A stretch of 64,000 nt of DNA, taken from Gammaproteobacteria bacterium (GTDB lineage: Bacteria; Pseudomonadota; Gammaproteobacteria; BTQY01). A program made the translations under genes and the position numbers. The notes below the pieces were generated by a model. That model did no database searches and was not told the DNA's origin. It worked only from the letters and a program-made list of their open reading frames with translations. Within the stretch, counting starts at the first letter, position 1. Every line of letters starts with the position of its first letter. The DNA is taken from positions 43,807-107,806 of the forward strand of contig BTQY01000001.1 in assembly GCA_036986115.1 (NCBI GenBank). Direction: 5' to 3'. Positions 1-9,543 of the stretch are shown here, one piece after another.

Positions 1-592
1 CTCGCAGAGCACCACTGAAACTTATGCGGCGCTGAAGTTATATATCGATAACTGGCGCTGGCGTAACGTTCCATTCTATCTGCGTACTGGCAAGCGCATG
101 AAAAAGAACAGCTCGGTGATAAGTATTCGCTTCAAACATCCGCCACAACAGCTTTTTCAGCAGACGCAGATTGACAAGCTGTGCCCCAACTGGATTTTAC
201 TGGGCATACAGCCACAGGAATGCCTGCGTTTGGAGATCCAGACCAAGCAACCAGGTCTTGAAATGCTGGCCCATACGACGCAACTGGATGCCGGTTACTG
301 CAACATGGCAGATAACCAGCTGGATGCCTATGAAGGGCTGCTGATGGATGTGGTCGAGAATGATCACTCACTGTTTCTACGTTACGATGAAGTCCGCTGG
401 GCCTGGAGGGTGATGGATCCCATTCTGAAGGTCTGGGCCACGGAGCGTGATTATATCCATACCTATGAGGCCGGTAGCTGGGGACCGAAAGAAGACTACC
501 GCCTGTTTGACCGCGAAGATCATTATTGGCGAACCACACTGGAAGATGTGGGCGAGTTGGGCGGGAGTGGCCGACCGGAACGATATAGATAG
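1..592 (+). CDS. zwf: Glucose-6-phosphate 1-dehydrogenase, C-terminal part. The 5' end is truncated by the window edge.
   Basis: The frame is open from base 2. The translation ...YIDNWRWRNVPFYLRTGKRM...LDAYEGLLMDVVENDHSLFLRYDEVRWAW matches the conserved G6PD C-terminal domain. Stop at 590-592. Confidence 0.85.
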   Translation, partial: SQSTTETYAALKLYIDNWRWRNVPFYLRTGKRMKKNSSVISIRFKHPPQQLFQQTQIDKLCPNWILLGIQPQECLRLEIQTKQPGLEMLAHTTQLDAGYCNMADNQLDAYEGLLMDVVENDHSLFLRYDEVRWAWRVMDPILKVWATERDYIHTYEAGSWGPKEDYRLFDREDHYWRTTLEDVGELGGSGRPERYR

Positions 593-687
593 CAGAACTT
601 TTTCTGGCTTCTGCACCAGTCGTCATGTTTAATCCTGCTTTTCACCCTGTGCTATAGTCATTTCATGTCATATCAGGGACACAGGGG

Positions 688-1389
688 ATGACAGATCAGC
701 AGTCTCATGTGCTGGTCATTGAGGACGAGCCAAAGGTTGCACGGTCCCTGGAGCAGGGCCTGCGGGAAGCGGGTTACAGTGTCGATCTCGCCACAAGCGG
801 CGAACAGGGCCTGCTCAGGTATTTTGAACATAGCCCGGATATCATCGTACTGGACCTGAATCTCCCTGGTCGTGATGGTATTGAAATTCTTGGTACTTTC
901 CGCGAACACAATTCCAGTTTCCCGGTGATCATTCTGTCAGCCCGGGACACAGTCGAAGATCGTGTACAGGGACTGGACACTGGTGCCGACGATTACCTGG
1001 TCAAACCCTTCGCATTTGCCGAATTGCTGGCACGCATACGGGTATTGTTACGCCGCGAGCAGTCCAGACAGGAGGCATTTGTCGTTGCTGACCTCGAACT
1101 CGATTCAGGTTTACGTAAGGCGAGCCGTAGCGGTAAACGCCTCAATCTCACGCCGAAGGAATACGGGATCCTGGAATTACTATTAAGGAACGTCAACCAG
1201 CCAGTATCACGACAAACCCTGGCAAGGGACATCTGGCAGGTTCAGCGGGCGACGCCACTGGATAACGTGATTGATGTGCATGTGATGCGTCTGCGCAAGA
1301 AGGTAGATAGTGATTTTGAGAAAAAACTTATTCATACCATCCGTGGTATTGGTTTTATGTTGAGTGCCAGTCCCGAGGAGTTTGAGTGA
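688..1389 (+). CDS. OmpR-family response regulator (CusR/CopR-like heavy-metal type)
   Basis: N-terminal receiver domain (VLVIEDEPKVA...LDLNLPGRDG). C-terminal winged helix (LTPKEYGILELLLRN). 4-bp overlap with the downstream kinase gene. Confidence 0.85.
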   Translation: MTDQQSHVLVIEDEPKVARSLEQGLREAGYSVDLATSGEQGLLRYFEHSPDIIVLDLNLPGRDGIEILGTFREHNSSFPVIILSARDTVEDRVQGLDTGADDYLVKPFAFAELLARIRVLLRREQSRQEAFVVADLELDSGLRKASRSGKRLNLTPKEYGILELLLRNVNQPVSRQTLARDIWQVQRATPLDNVIDVHVMRLRKKVDSDFEKKLIHTIRGIGFMLSASPEEFE

Positions 1390-2777
1390 GCAGTCTGCAC
1401 CTTCGCACCAAGATTGTTTTGCTCTCGGCGCTGGTGATGACAGTCGTTGTGATAATTCTCGACATCACACTGGTGACCCTGTATAGCGTGAACCTGAGGT
1501 CACTGCTGGATGAACAGCTACAGCAGGATGCACAACAAACCCGTCGCAGTCTGTCATTTAACGACAAGGGTGAACTGGACAGATTTCAGCAGCCGGACAC
1601 CAGCAGCTCCAGTTACACACAGAATATACGTGCCCGCTACCTGGTTCGTGCAGCGGATGGGCGTCCGTTACGGCGGGCATTCAATATGATTGCCATCGAA
1701 CTCCCACTTGAAAAGAACTGGCTAAAGATCCGGCAGAATGTGACACAAGATATCCATTTTGCCGGCCTGGATTACCGAATGCTGTTAATATATTTACCTG
1801 CGGACAGTCATCCTGGAAGGAATGACCTGCTGATGCAGGTGGTACGCCCATTGGCGCCATTGCAACAGGACGTTGAGGACCTTGTGACCTTGTTGTTGTG
1901 GTTATCACCATTACCGCTGATTCTCCTGGTGATTGGCAGCGCCTGGGCGACCGGGATCAGCCTCAGACCGATGAACGGCTTAATTAATACGGTTAAGGGC
2001 ATCAACGCAAAAGAACTTGATATCCGTGTGCCGGTGACACAACGTGATGAAGTCGGCAAGCTGGCGGAAACATTTAACAATTTACTCGATCGCCTGGAGA
2101 AGGCATTCCAGTCACTGCGACAGTTTTCGGCAGATGCATCGCATGAACTACGCACACCCCTGACCAGTATTCGTACCCAGGCCGAGGTCGCCCTGCATCA
2201 GTCGCGTACTGAAGATGATTATCGGGACGTTATAGGTAGCCTGCTGGAAGATGTTACTCGAATGGAACATCTTATCGATTCATTATTGCAACTGGCACGA
2301 GGTGATGCCGGTCTTATCCAGACCAGGTTTGAGCAGGTAAACTTTTCTCAACTGGTCGAGCAGTGGTGCGATCACCTTGTTGCCCTTGCGGAAGAACAGA
2401 ATATTTCTATGCAACTGGATATTGAACCCAATGTGATGATTCCTGGAGATACGACGTTACTGGAGCGCATGGTCATAAACCTTATAGATAATGCCATCCA
2501 GTATACACCCGATGGTGGTAGCGTAAGGATTTCGCTGCTGTGCCCCTTCGACAAGATTGCATTTAGTGTCTGCGACACTGGTCCGGGTATTCCTGAGGGT
2601 GATCGTCAGCGGATCTTTAATCGTTTTACCCGACTACAGGCCACAAGGCACCAGACCACCGGGGCAGGACTGGGACTGGCCATTACCAGGTGGGTAGCGG
2701 ATCTACACGGAGGGGTTGTAGACGTATCAGACGGTGAGGATGGGGGGGCGTGTTTCAGGGTCATCTTTGGCAACTGA
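1386..2777 (+). CDS. Sensor histidine kinase (CusS-like), partner of the upstream regulator
   Basis: GTG start overlaps the regulator's stop codon. Two transmembrane segments flank a periplasmic loop. HisKA motif SHELRTPLTSI. HATPase region with GAGLGLAI. Confidence 0.8.
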   Translation: MSSLHLRTKIVLLSALVMTVVVIILDITLVTLYSVNLRSLLDEQLQQDAQQTRRSLSFNDKGELDRFQQPDTSSSSYTQNIRARYLVRAADGRPLRRAFNMIAIELPLEKNWLKIRQNVTQDIHFAGLDYRMLLIYLPADSHPGRNDLLMQVVRPLAPLQQDVEDLVTLLLWLSPLPLILLVIGSAWATGISLRPMNGLINTVKGINAKELDIRVPVTQRDEVGKLAETFNNLLDRLEKAFQSLRQFSADASHELRTPLTSIRTQAEVALHQSRTEDDYRDVIGSLLEDVTRMEHLIDSLLQLARGDAGLIQTRFEQVNFSQLVEQWCDHLVALAEEQNISMQLDIEPNVMIPGDTTLLERMVINLIDNAIQYTPDGGSVRISLLCPFDKIAFSVCDTGPGIPEGDRQRIFNRFTRLQATRHQTTGAGLGLAITRWVADLHGGVVDVSDGEDGGACFRVIFGN

Positions 2778-3740
2778 TAGTGCCCCCAGAAGACCGACCC
2801 TGGTGTTCATGATCAGGTATACCGGTATAGATTCGAGCAAATCAGTCATCGGCTGTTTTTCAAGAAATGCCTGCATAAAGCCCCTGTTCTTAATGGCCAT
2901 CGCTATCTTTGGGGCGATCCCACCAGCAATATAAAGTCCACCACGGGCCATCGAGATGAGTGCAAGGTTCGCAGCCTGCGCACCGTAAATCGCAATGAAC
3001 AGATCCAGGGACATTTGTGCCAGCGGATCATGCTTTTGAATGGCAAACCGGGAGATGACGGCCGAAGGATCATCGTGTTGCATGGCTTTCGCCAGCTCGC
3101 CTGATTCAGCCAGTTCACCTTTATCTCTTACAAACTGATATATGTGCAACAGGCCCTCTCCTGAAAGTACATCTTCATAACTGACACGAGGTTGCTGTTC
3201 CAGCAGGTGGTTTAATAGCTCGATTTCCATGCTGTTTCGGGGCGCAAAATCGGCATGCCCACCTTCAGAGGCAATGGCTTGATAGCGATCATGACACCAA
3301 ACCATCATGCCCTGGCCGAGCCCGGTTCCTGCCCCCAGAATTGCCCGGTTAGCTCGCGGCTCGGGGTTGCCCGATTGCAATTCCAGTAGTTCATTTCTGG
3401 CCAGGCCATCGATCCCGTAAGCTATCGCCTGGAAGTCATTTATCAATTTGACTTTTTCAATGCGAAAGGACTTTTGCAGTTCTTCGGCATTGAGTCGCCA
3501 GAGAAGATTGGTGACCCTGGCGCGATTGTTAGTTACTGGTCCGGCGATGGCGAAGCATGCTGATGTCGGTGTCTGTCCGGTCTCATTGGCAGACAAAAAG
3601 TGTTGCACCATTGATACCAGACCTTCCTGCTTCTGGCTCTGGCAGGTTTGTTCCCTGATAATAACAAGCTCGTTTGCCTGTTGTCTGGCAAGCACCAGCC
3701 GGCTGTGTGTTCCGCCAATATCACCTGCAAGCAAGATCAC
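2727..3740 (-). CDS. glk: Glucokinase
   Basis: N-terminus MILLAGDIGGTHSRLVLA is the ROK/Glk ATP-binding motif. Length 337 aa. Overlaps the 3' end of the kinase gene convergently. Confidence 0.85.
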   Translation of the reverse strand: MILLAGDIGGTHSRLVLARQQANELVIIREQTCQSQKQEGLVSMVQHFLSANETGQTPTSACFAIAGPVTNNRARVTNLLWRLNAEELQKSFRIEKVKLINDFQAIAYGIDGLARNELLELQSGNPEPRANRAILGAGTGLGQGMMVWCHDRYQAIASEGGHADFAPRNSMEIELLNHLLEQQPRVSYEDVLSGEGLLHIYQFVRDKGELAESGELAKAMQHDDPSAVISRFAIQKHDPLAQMSLDLFIAIYGAQAANLALISMARGGLYIAGGIAPKIAMAIKNRGFMQAFLEKQPMTDLLESIPVYLIMNTRVGLLGALSVAKDDPETRPPILTV

Positions 3741-4504
3741 GTGGATCCCTCTTGCATCAGTCTGCTGACGGCCTTTTTATCAAGGTACCAGCTTATGCCA
3801 TCCCTTGGGTGTACCCATTGTACCGGGTATGGCACTTCCCTGGACGTATCCATGAAAACATCATACACGATATCTGCCTTACCTTTTCCACTGACCAGTA
3901 TCATGGCGTGTGTAGCGGCATTGATCATTGGCAGTGTCAGGCTAATGCGCCAGGTGTCCATCCTGACAACATAAACAGCACAGACACAGCGGTCCCTGAC
4001 CTTTAGGATATCAGTATCCGGAAACAGTGATGCAGTGTGTCCATCAGTGCCGAGTCCGAGAAGTACCAGATCAAATACAGGCATCCAGCTGCCATTGGGC
4101 AGTTTTGACCTTAGCAGTGCATCGTATTTATCGGCCTCTGCCAGCAAGTGATTTGGATCAGTTATCATCGGGTAGATCTGATCCTGGGGTATCGGCACAT
4201 GATCCAGTAAGGATTCCCTGGCCATACGATAATTACTATCAGGGTGATCCAGTGCCACGGCGCGTTCATCACCCCAGTAGATATGGAGATTTTTCCACGG
4301 GATGTCATTACGGAATTTATCGTTGCAAAGCGTGTTGTGCAGGTGACGTGGGGTTGTGCCGCCTGACAGTGCCACGTGGAATGCACCATGATCGTTTACG
4401 GCGATTGTTGCCATATCGGCGAAATCGGCCGCAGCCGACTGGCACAAGTCCCCCATGTCATGGAATACTTTTAGTTGTGAATTATCCGTAGATTTTGTTG
4501 CCAT
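3737..4504 (-). CDS. pgl: 6-phosphogluconolactonase
   Basis: Motif HVALSGGTTPRHLH...WGDERAV is typical of the DevB/Pgl family. 4-bp overlap with glk. Confidence 0.85.
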   Translation of the reverse strand: MATKSTDNSQLKVFHDMGDLCQSAAADFADMATIAVNDHGAFHVALSGGTTPRHLHNTLCNDKFRNDIPWKNLHIYWGDERAVALDHPDSNYRMARESLLDHVPIPQDQIYPMITDPNHLLAEADKYDALLRSKLPNGSWMPVFDLVLLGLGTDGHTASLFPDTDILKVRDRCVCAVYVVRMDTWRISLTLPMINAATHAMILVSGKGKADIVYDVFMDTSREVPYPVQWVHPRDGISWYLDKKAVSRLMQEGST

Positions 4505-4662
4505 TATTTATTCAGTGTCGTATCTGCAGGGGCTGGTTACCTAATATTAAAAGTAGCCACAGATAAATAGTCTGTCATCCCAATCGGGGTGGTATTAACA
4601 GGCGCGTCAGTCAGATGATCACTCAGGCGGCAGGTGGTTTCGTATGACGATAAGTGGCATCA

Positions 4663-6855
4663 CTATAATGCAACGTCCAGGGTTTCATTATTGTCACCTT
4701 GCTCTTCAGGAATACATATCTCTTTCAAGAAGTTATAGTATTCAAGACCATCCAGTACCCCCCAGGCATTGGTACCATGAACAAAGTGCACACGAGGTTT
4801 GCCCCGCAGTTTGATCAACTCTCTGGAATGATTTCCGACGACCACACCAAGGGTATCACCCAGCAGCATTTCTTCGTCATTCCCCGAATCCCCGACGACC
4901 AGAAAACGTTCCAGCGGCAGGCCCCACTTTAATGCAATAAAACGTATTGCCAGGCCTTTTGAAACCCTGATGGGTAACAGGTCCAGATACCGCTGGTGTG
5001 AATAAATCAGGTTGGCATGCAGGTCAAGGTTGCGTAAGTGTCGCTGAATGTCCCGAACCTTTGGCATTTTATCAGGCTCGACGTTGTAGCTGATCTTGAA
5101 TGTGCGTTGCCTGGATTTTGGCTGCAGGCGGACGCCGTCTATACCCAGCATGGCGATATGCAGCTTCTCCGGTTCCCAGCGATAATTGACGTGCCCCTGC
5201 CAGGTGTGGTCTTGTTCGAGTTTTTTACCGTTATGTCCGTAATAGATTTCACTGCCCATGGATGTGATCAACAAATCAGGTGTAGGCAGGTTCCACTCGC
5301 GTAATACCTTGATCGCGTCTTCCACTCGCCGTGCCGTCGCAACCCCAAACGCAGCATGTTGGCCGGCACTGGACAGACGATTCATCAAGGCCCGCAGTCC
5401 AGGCTCATCACCAATCAGTGTGCCATCAATGGCTGTGATGAGAATGCGGTCCACGGTAGGCAGCTGGTTCCGGCCGGGTAGCCGTCGCTTGTTGCGTTTG
5501 TTGAGTATCTTGCGGATACTGCGAATATAGGTTTCGGCATGCCCTGGCCATGAAAAATAGCGGCAAGCACCGCGCACACCGGAATTTGCCCAAAGTCGCC
5601 AACGTTTCTTGTCTGTAATGGCCTGTAGCAGTTTCACACCGAGTGCCGTGGCATTGGCAGGGTCAATCAATTCGCCATTTTTACAATAACCAATGATATC
5701 TTTCGGTCCGCCATCTTCAGTGGCAATAATGGGCAAGCCGCTTGCCGCCGCTTCAATCAGGGTGAGACCAAAGGGCTCGGTCAGTGCCGGATTGACCAGG
5801 ACTCCTTTGGTCCTGGCTGCCAGGCGATAAAAATAGGGTACATCTTTTGCGCTATGGTGTTTGGGGTAGGCTATTTTCCCATACAGGTCATACTTGTCTA
5901 TCAGTAACAGCAACTGGGTCATCACATCCTTTGGCCCACGCTCCATAGTATCGATTTCATCACGATTGCCAACGATGATAACCAGGTTTGCCAGTTCCTG
6001 TAGTTCTGCTGATTCACCATAGGCGCGGATCAGCGTGCTGATATTCTTTCGTTCATCTGGACGCGACAATGCCAGTATCATGGGCTTGTCAGGTTTGTGC
6101 AGGAAGCGTCGTAGTTCTTTCTGTATTGCCGGTTTGGGGTCGCCGCGTCTTGGCGGACGGAAACGACTGAGGTCGACACCGGGGGGAATAACCACCATCC
6201 GTTTCGGCTGATAGTTATCATACAATTGATATTGTTCCTCGATTTCCTGCCCGGTGCTGGCAATCACCATGGCGGCCGAATCCAGCGAGATCTCTTCAGC
6301 TTCAATGCGAGTACTGAGGTTGTACTGGCTCTCAATTCGCTTCTCATTGGTGCCTTTCTCAATCAAACGCTGGAGCTTCACCCGACCCAGTGAGTGGCCG
6401 GTGTATACCATTGGTACCCCCAACAGGCCGGCCAGTCTGGCGGACACCAGGCCGGCATCAGCATAGTGACCATGAACAATATCAGGGATCCGGCCAACGC
6501 TACGCATGTGATGCAGGGCCCGGTCGATGAATTGATCAAGATGTGGCCATAGCACTTCCTTGCGCAGGTAGCGTCTTGGCCCACAGTCCAGCCGGATCAG
6601 GTTGGCACCATCAGCCAGCTTTTCTTCTGGCACAGCATAGTCAGGACCTACCTTAGGGTCATCAATGCGGCGGGTCAGGACATCCACACGATCCACGTCA
6701 GGGTGTTTTGCCAGGGCACGGGCAAGATCGATGACATACTGGATCTGGCCACCGGTATCGGCATCACGACCCAGTTCAAGATTGTTGCCACGGATGAGAC
6801 CATGGATGCTTATCAGCACAATGTAGAGTTTTTCTGCTGGTTTCATAATCCCCAT
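4663..6855 (-). CDS. Sucrose-phosphate synthase: GT-B glycosyltransferase domain plus a C-terminal SPP-like HAD domain
   Basis: GT4/GT-B motifs (GGQIQYVIDLARALA; EPFGLTLIEAAASGLPIIAT). The C-terminal about 250 aa is HAD-like, but its motif I reads AIDGT. The first Asp is missing, so this is probably a non-catalytic SPP-like domain. Confidence 0.8.
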   Translation of the reverse strand: MGIMKPAEKLYIVLISIHGLIRGNNLELGRDADTGGQIQYVIDLARALAKHPDVDRVDVLTRRIDDPKVGPDYAVPEEKLADGANLIRLDCGPRRYLRKEVLWPHLDQFIDRALHHMRSVGRIPDIVHGHYADAGLVSARLAGLLGVPMVYTGHSLGRVKLQRLIEKGTNEKRIESQYNLSTRIEAEEISLDSAAMVIASTGQEIEEQYQLYDNYQPKRMVVIPPGVDLSRFRPPRRGDPKPAIQKELRRFLHKPDKPMILALSRPDERKNISTLIRAYGESAELQELANLVIIVGNRDEIDTMERGPKDVMTQLLLLIDKYDLYGKIAYPKHHSAKDVPYFYRLAARTKGVLVNPALTEPFGLTLIEAAASGLPIIATEDGGPKDIIGYCKNGELIDPANATALGVKLLQAITDKKRWRLWANSGVRGACRYFSWPGHAETYIRSIRKILNKRNKRRLPGRNQLPTVDRILITAIDGTLIGDEPGLRALMNRLSSAGQHAAFGVATARRVEDAIKVLREWNLPTPDLLITSMGSEIYYGHNGKKLEQDHTWQGHVNYRWEPEKLHIAMLGIDGVRLQPKSRQRTFKISYNVEPDKMPKVRDIQRHLRNLDLHANLIYSHQRYLDLLPIRVSKGLAIRFIALKWGLPLERFLVVGDSGNDEEMLLGDTLGVVVGNHSRELIKLRGKPRVHFVHGTNAWGVLDGLEYYNFLKEICIPEEQGDNNETLDVAL

Positions 6856-7745
6856 TCGCTCATGAACATTTCATAAAATGCTGCGTCAGCAGAGGTGGCA
6901 CCTCGTTGTTCACATATAGAGGCGGCAAAGTCTGCTGCCCTGGCCAGCGTTGTTGCTGTGTCCCACTGGTTGATCTGGCCCAGTATATAGACTGCGCTAA
7001 AGGCATCACCGGCACCCACGCTATCGATAAATTCAGTGACATCGACGGGCGGGACATCAAATACACCCTCATGCGTGACGGCAAAGGCACCGTCAGAGCC
7101 CAGCGTCACGATAACATTTTCGATCTGATATTCTTTTCTTAACTGGCTGGCGACGGACATACATTCATGACGATCCAGGTCATCGTAACGGGACAGCTCG
7201 GTCAGTTCATGATCATTAATTTTTAACCAGCTTGCACCGGCTAACAGCCTCGCAAGTTGATCGTAGTTCCAGTGCGGGGGCCGCAGGTTAATGTCAATAA
7301 AAACCGGGATTTCATTGCATTCAAGCAAGGTATGCAGGGTGTTACGGGAAGGCGCAGAGCGTGTCGCCAGTGTACCGTGATACAGTATACTACAGGCGGT
7401 GGTGTCCAGCAGCGACTGACTCTGATGAGCATCGATGTAGTCATAGGCGACATCCATAACAATGTCGAAATGGGGCTGGTCATCGTCGAAGCTGACCGTT
7501 ACGGTACCGGTAGAGTGTTTATCATCAATTTGCACCCCGCGGGTCTGCATGCCCCAGTCATGCATGGTGGCCAGGATATTTTCCCCCAGAGTATCTTCCC
7601 CAACCCGGCTGATTAGCAGGGGCGGGACACCAAGACCCTGCAGGTGCCAGGCAACATTGAATGGGGCACCGCCCAGTATGGTGCTGCCATCTTCAAATTC
7701 GTCGAACAGTACTTCGCCAAATACGACTGGTGATAATACGTCCAT
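6843..7745 (-). CDS. PfkB-family sugar kinase, probably a fructokinase
   Basis: GG motif (GGAPFNVA) and DTxGAGD-type motif (DSVGAGDAF). 13-bp overlap with the upstream end of the SPS gene suggests an operon. Confidence 0.75.
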   Translation of the reverse strand: MDVLSPVVFGEVLFDEFEDGSTILGGAPFNVAWHLQGLGVPPLLISRVGEDTLGENILATMHDWGMQTRGVQIDDKHSTGTVTVSFDDDQPHFDIVMDVAYDYIDAHQSQSLLDTTACSILYHGTLATRSAPSRNTLHTLLECNEIPVFIDINLRPPHWNYDQLARLLAGASWLKINDHELTELSRYDDLDRHECMSVASQLRKEYQIENVIVTLGSDGAFAVTHEGVFDVPPVDVTEFIDSVGAGDAFSAVYILGQINQWDTATTLARAADFAASICEQRGATSADAAFYEMFMSEWGL

Positions 7746-7926
7746 GCATGGGGTTCCTGATTAGGGTCGATGGTATTATGTTTGTACTCGCTTGACGGAG
7801 TATTAGTATCACCTATAAATAGTAGACGGTAGAACAATGGGGGGCAACGCTTCATGGTGTCCATACTTCATGGTGTTATGATGGGAATCCGGGATAATAT
7901 GACAGATATGGGCTTGCATCTGTTTT

Positions 7927-9324
7927 ATGGAGCAAACAATGAAAAAAACAAAAATTAATGCGGCATACAAACTCCTTGAGAATTCCATACTCATGTTCGA
8001 AGGCAGGCCTGTCGGCACCATTGCGGCAATGGGGGGGGAAGACAGCCTTGCCGCCAAGAACTATAACGACTGTTTCATACGTGATTTTGTCCCCTGTGCA
8101 CTGGTCTTTCTGGCAGACGGGCGATCCGATATCGTCCGCAATTTTCTAGAAACAGTACTTCAATTAAGAACTTCTGAAATTATTGTTTCAGGACATGAGG
8201 TCCAGCCAGGCGTCATGCCAGCAAGTTTTCGTGTCAGGAAAGAGGGGGGCAAGGAGATCCTGCAGGCAGATTTTGGTGAGCGCGCTATCGGTCGGGTGGC
8301 ACCAGTGGATTCCATGATGTGGTGGATAATCCTGTTGCATGTCTATGTGCAACATACGGGTGATATGGAAATGGCGAAACGTCCGGAATTCCAGCGCGCA
8401 TTACAGCAAATTCTGCACCTGTGTCTGAAAGATAATTTTGAGGTGAGCCCGGCATTACTGGTGCCTGATGCGTGCTGCATGATCGATCGTCGTATGGGGA
8501 TCTACGGGCATCCGTTGGAAATCCAGGCATTGTTTTATGGAATCTTAAGGATTTTTCACACCATACTTGATGAGCCAGCAGTCGAGAAACGCAGGCGCGC
8601 TGCTGAAAAAAAGGAGTCTTTGATTCAGACGGCCGAGACCCGTGAGCATGCACTGAAAAACTATGTGCGGATCTTTTATTGGCTGGATATGACCCGTCTG
8701 AACGAGATCCACCGGTATCCTACCGAGGAACTGGGCAGCAAAAGCACCAATGTATTGAATGTTTACCCGGAATCAATTCCCGACTGGGTACTCGGCTGGC
8801 TGCCAGATGAAGGCGGTTACCTTGTAGGCAACGTCGGTGCTGGCCGAATGGATTTCCGATACTTTGCCCTTGGTAACCTGTTATCCATCCTGTTTGAGCT
8901 GACCACCAATACGCAGGCAGAGCGCATCATGCGTCTCTATGATGCACGCTGGGATGACCTGGTGGGTTCGATGCCAGTCAAGATAACATTCCCCACGATG
9001 GACGGTATTGAATGGGAGATCCGTACCGGCTGTGACCCGAAAAATGTGTCCTGGTCATACCAAAATGGCGGTAACTGGCCGGCACTGTTATGGATCTTTG
9101 TGGCTGCCGCACTCAAGACGGGCCGTGGTGATCTGGCTGAGCGCGCCTATCAATGTGCTTACGAACGGCTCTGTACGGACACGTGGCCGGAGTACTACGA
9201 TGGTCGGGATGGTCGTCTGATCGGGCGACGTTCTAATGTTAACCAGACCTGGACAGCGGCTTCATTGATCCTCTCCCACAAGCTTCTCGAAGACCCGGAT
9301 CTGCTGTCACTGCTGCCCGGCTAG
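7927..9324 (+). CDS. GH100 alkaline/neutral invertase
   Basis: NYNDCFIRDF and a six-hairpin glycosidase pattern resemble plant and cyanobacterial neutral invertases. Divergent from the fructokinase/SPS operon. Confidence 0.75.
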   Translation: MEQTMKKTKINAAYKLLENSILMFEGRPVGTIAAMGGEDSLAAKNYNDCFIRDFVPCALVFLADGRSDIVRNFLETVLQLRTSEIIVSGHEVQPGVMPASFRVRKEGGKEILQADFGERAIGRVAPVDSMMWWIILLHVYVQHTGDMEMAKRPEFQRALQQILHLCLKDNFEVSPALLVPDACCMIDRRMGIYGHPLEIQALFYGILRIFHTILDEPAVEKRRRAAEKKESLIQTAETREHALKNYVRIFYWLDMTRLNEIHRYPTEELGSKSTNVLNVYPESIPDWVLGWLPDEGGYLVGNVGAGRMDFRYFALGNLLSILFELTTNTQAERIMRLYDARWDDLVGSMPVKITFPTMDGIEWEIRTGCDPKNVSWSYQNGGNWPALLWIFVAAALKTGRGDLAERAYQCAYERLCTDTWPEYYDGRDGRLIGRRSNVNQTWTAASLILSHKLLEDPDLLSLLPG

Positions 9325-9543
9325 TCACTTTGACTGTGTTAGGCCTGTGCCAAAATTACGCAGCAATACCTTACAAACAATACATTAAAGCAATCAGCCC
9401 CTGTGGTCGATATACAGGGTAGTGTGTATCTCATGTGGGTTCTCGAATATTAATCAATGGGTTACATACACTCACCCATGACGGCATCCAAAACGTGACG
9501 CTGGCATGGTTGTCTGCGAACTATCGATGTAAAGGGTCCGGCG

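Noticed and set aside
132-626. 164-aa minus-strand ORF antisense to zwf
   Set aside because: It lies completely inside the well-supported zwf coding frame on the opposite strand. It has no ribosome-binding site and a low-complexity Pro/Ser/Arg-rich translation. This is a shadow ORF.
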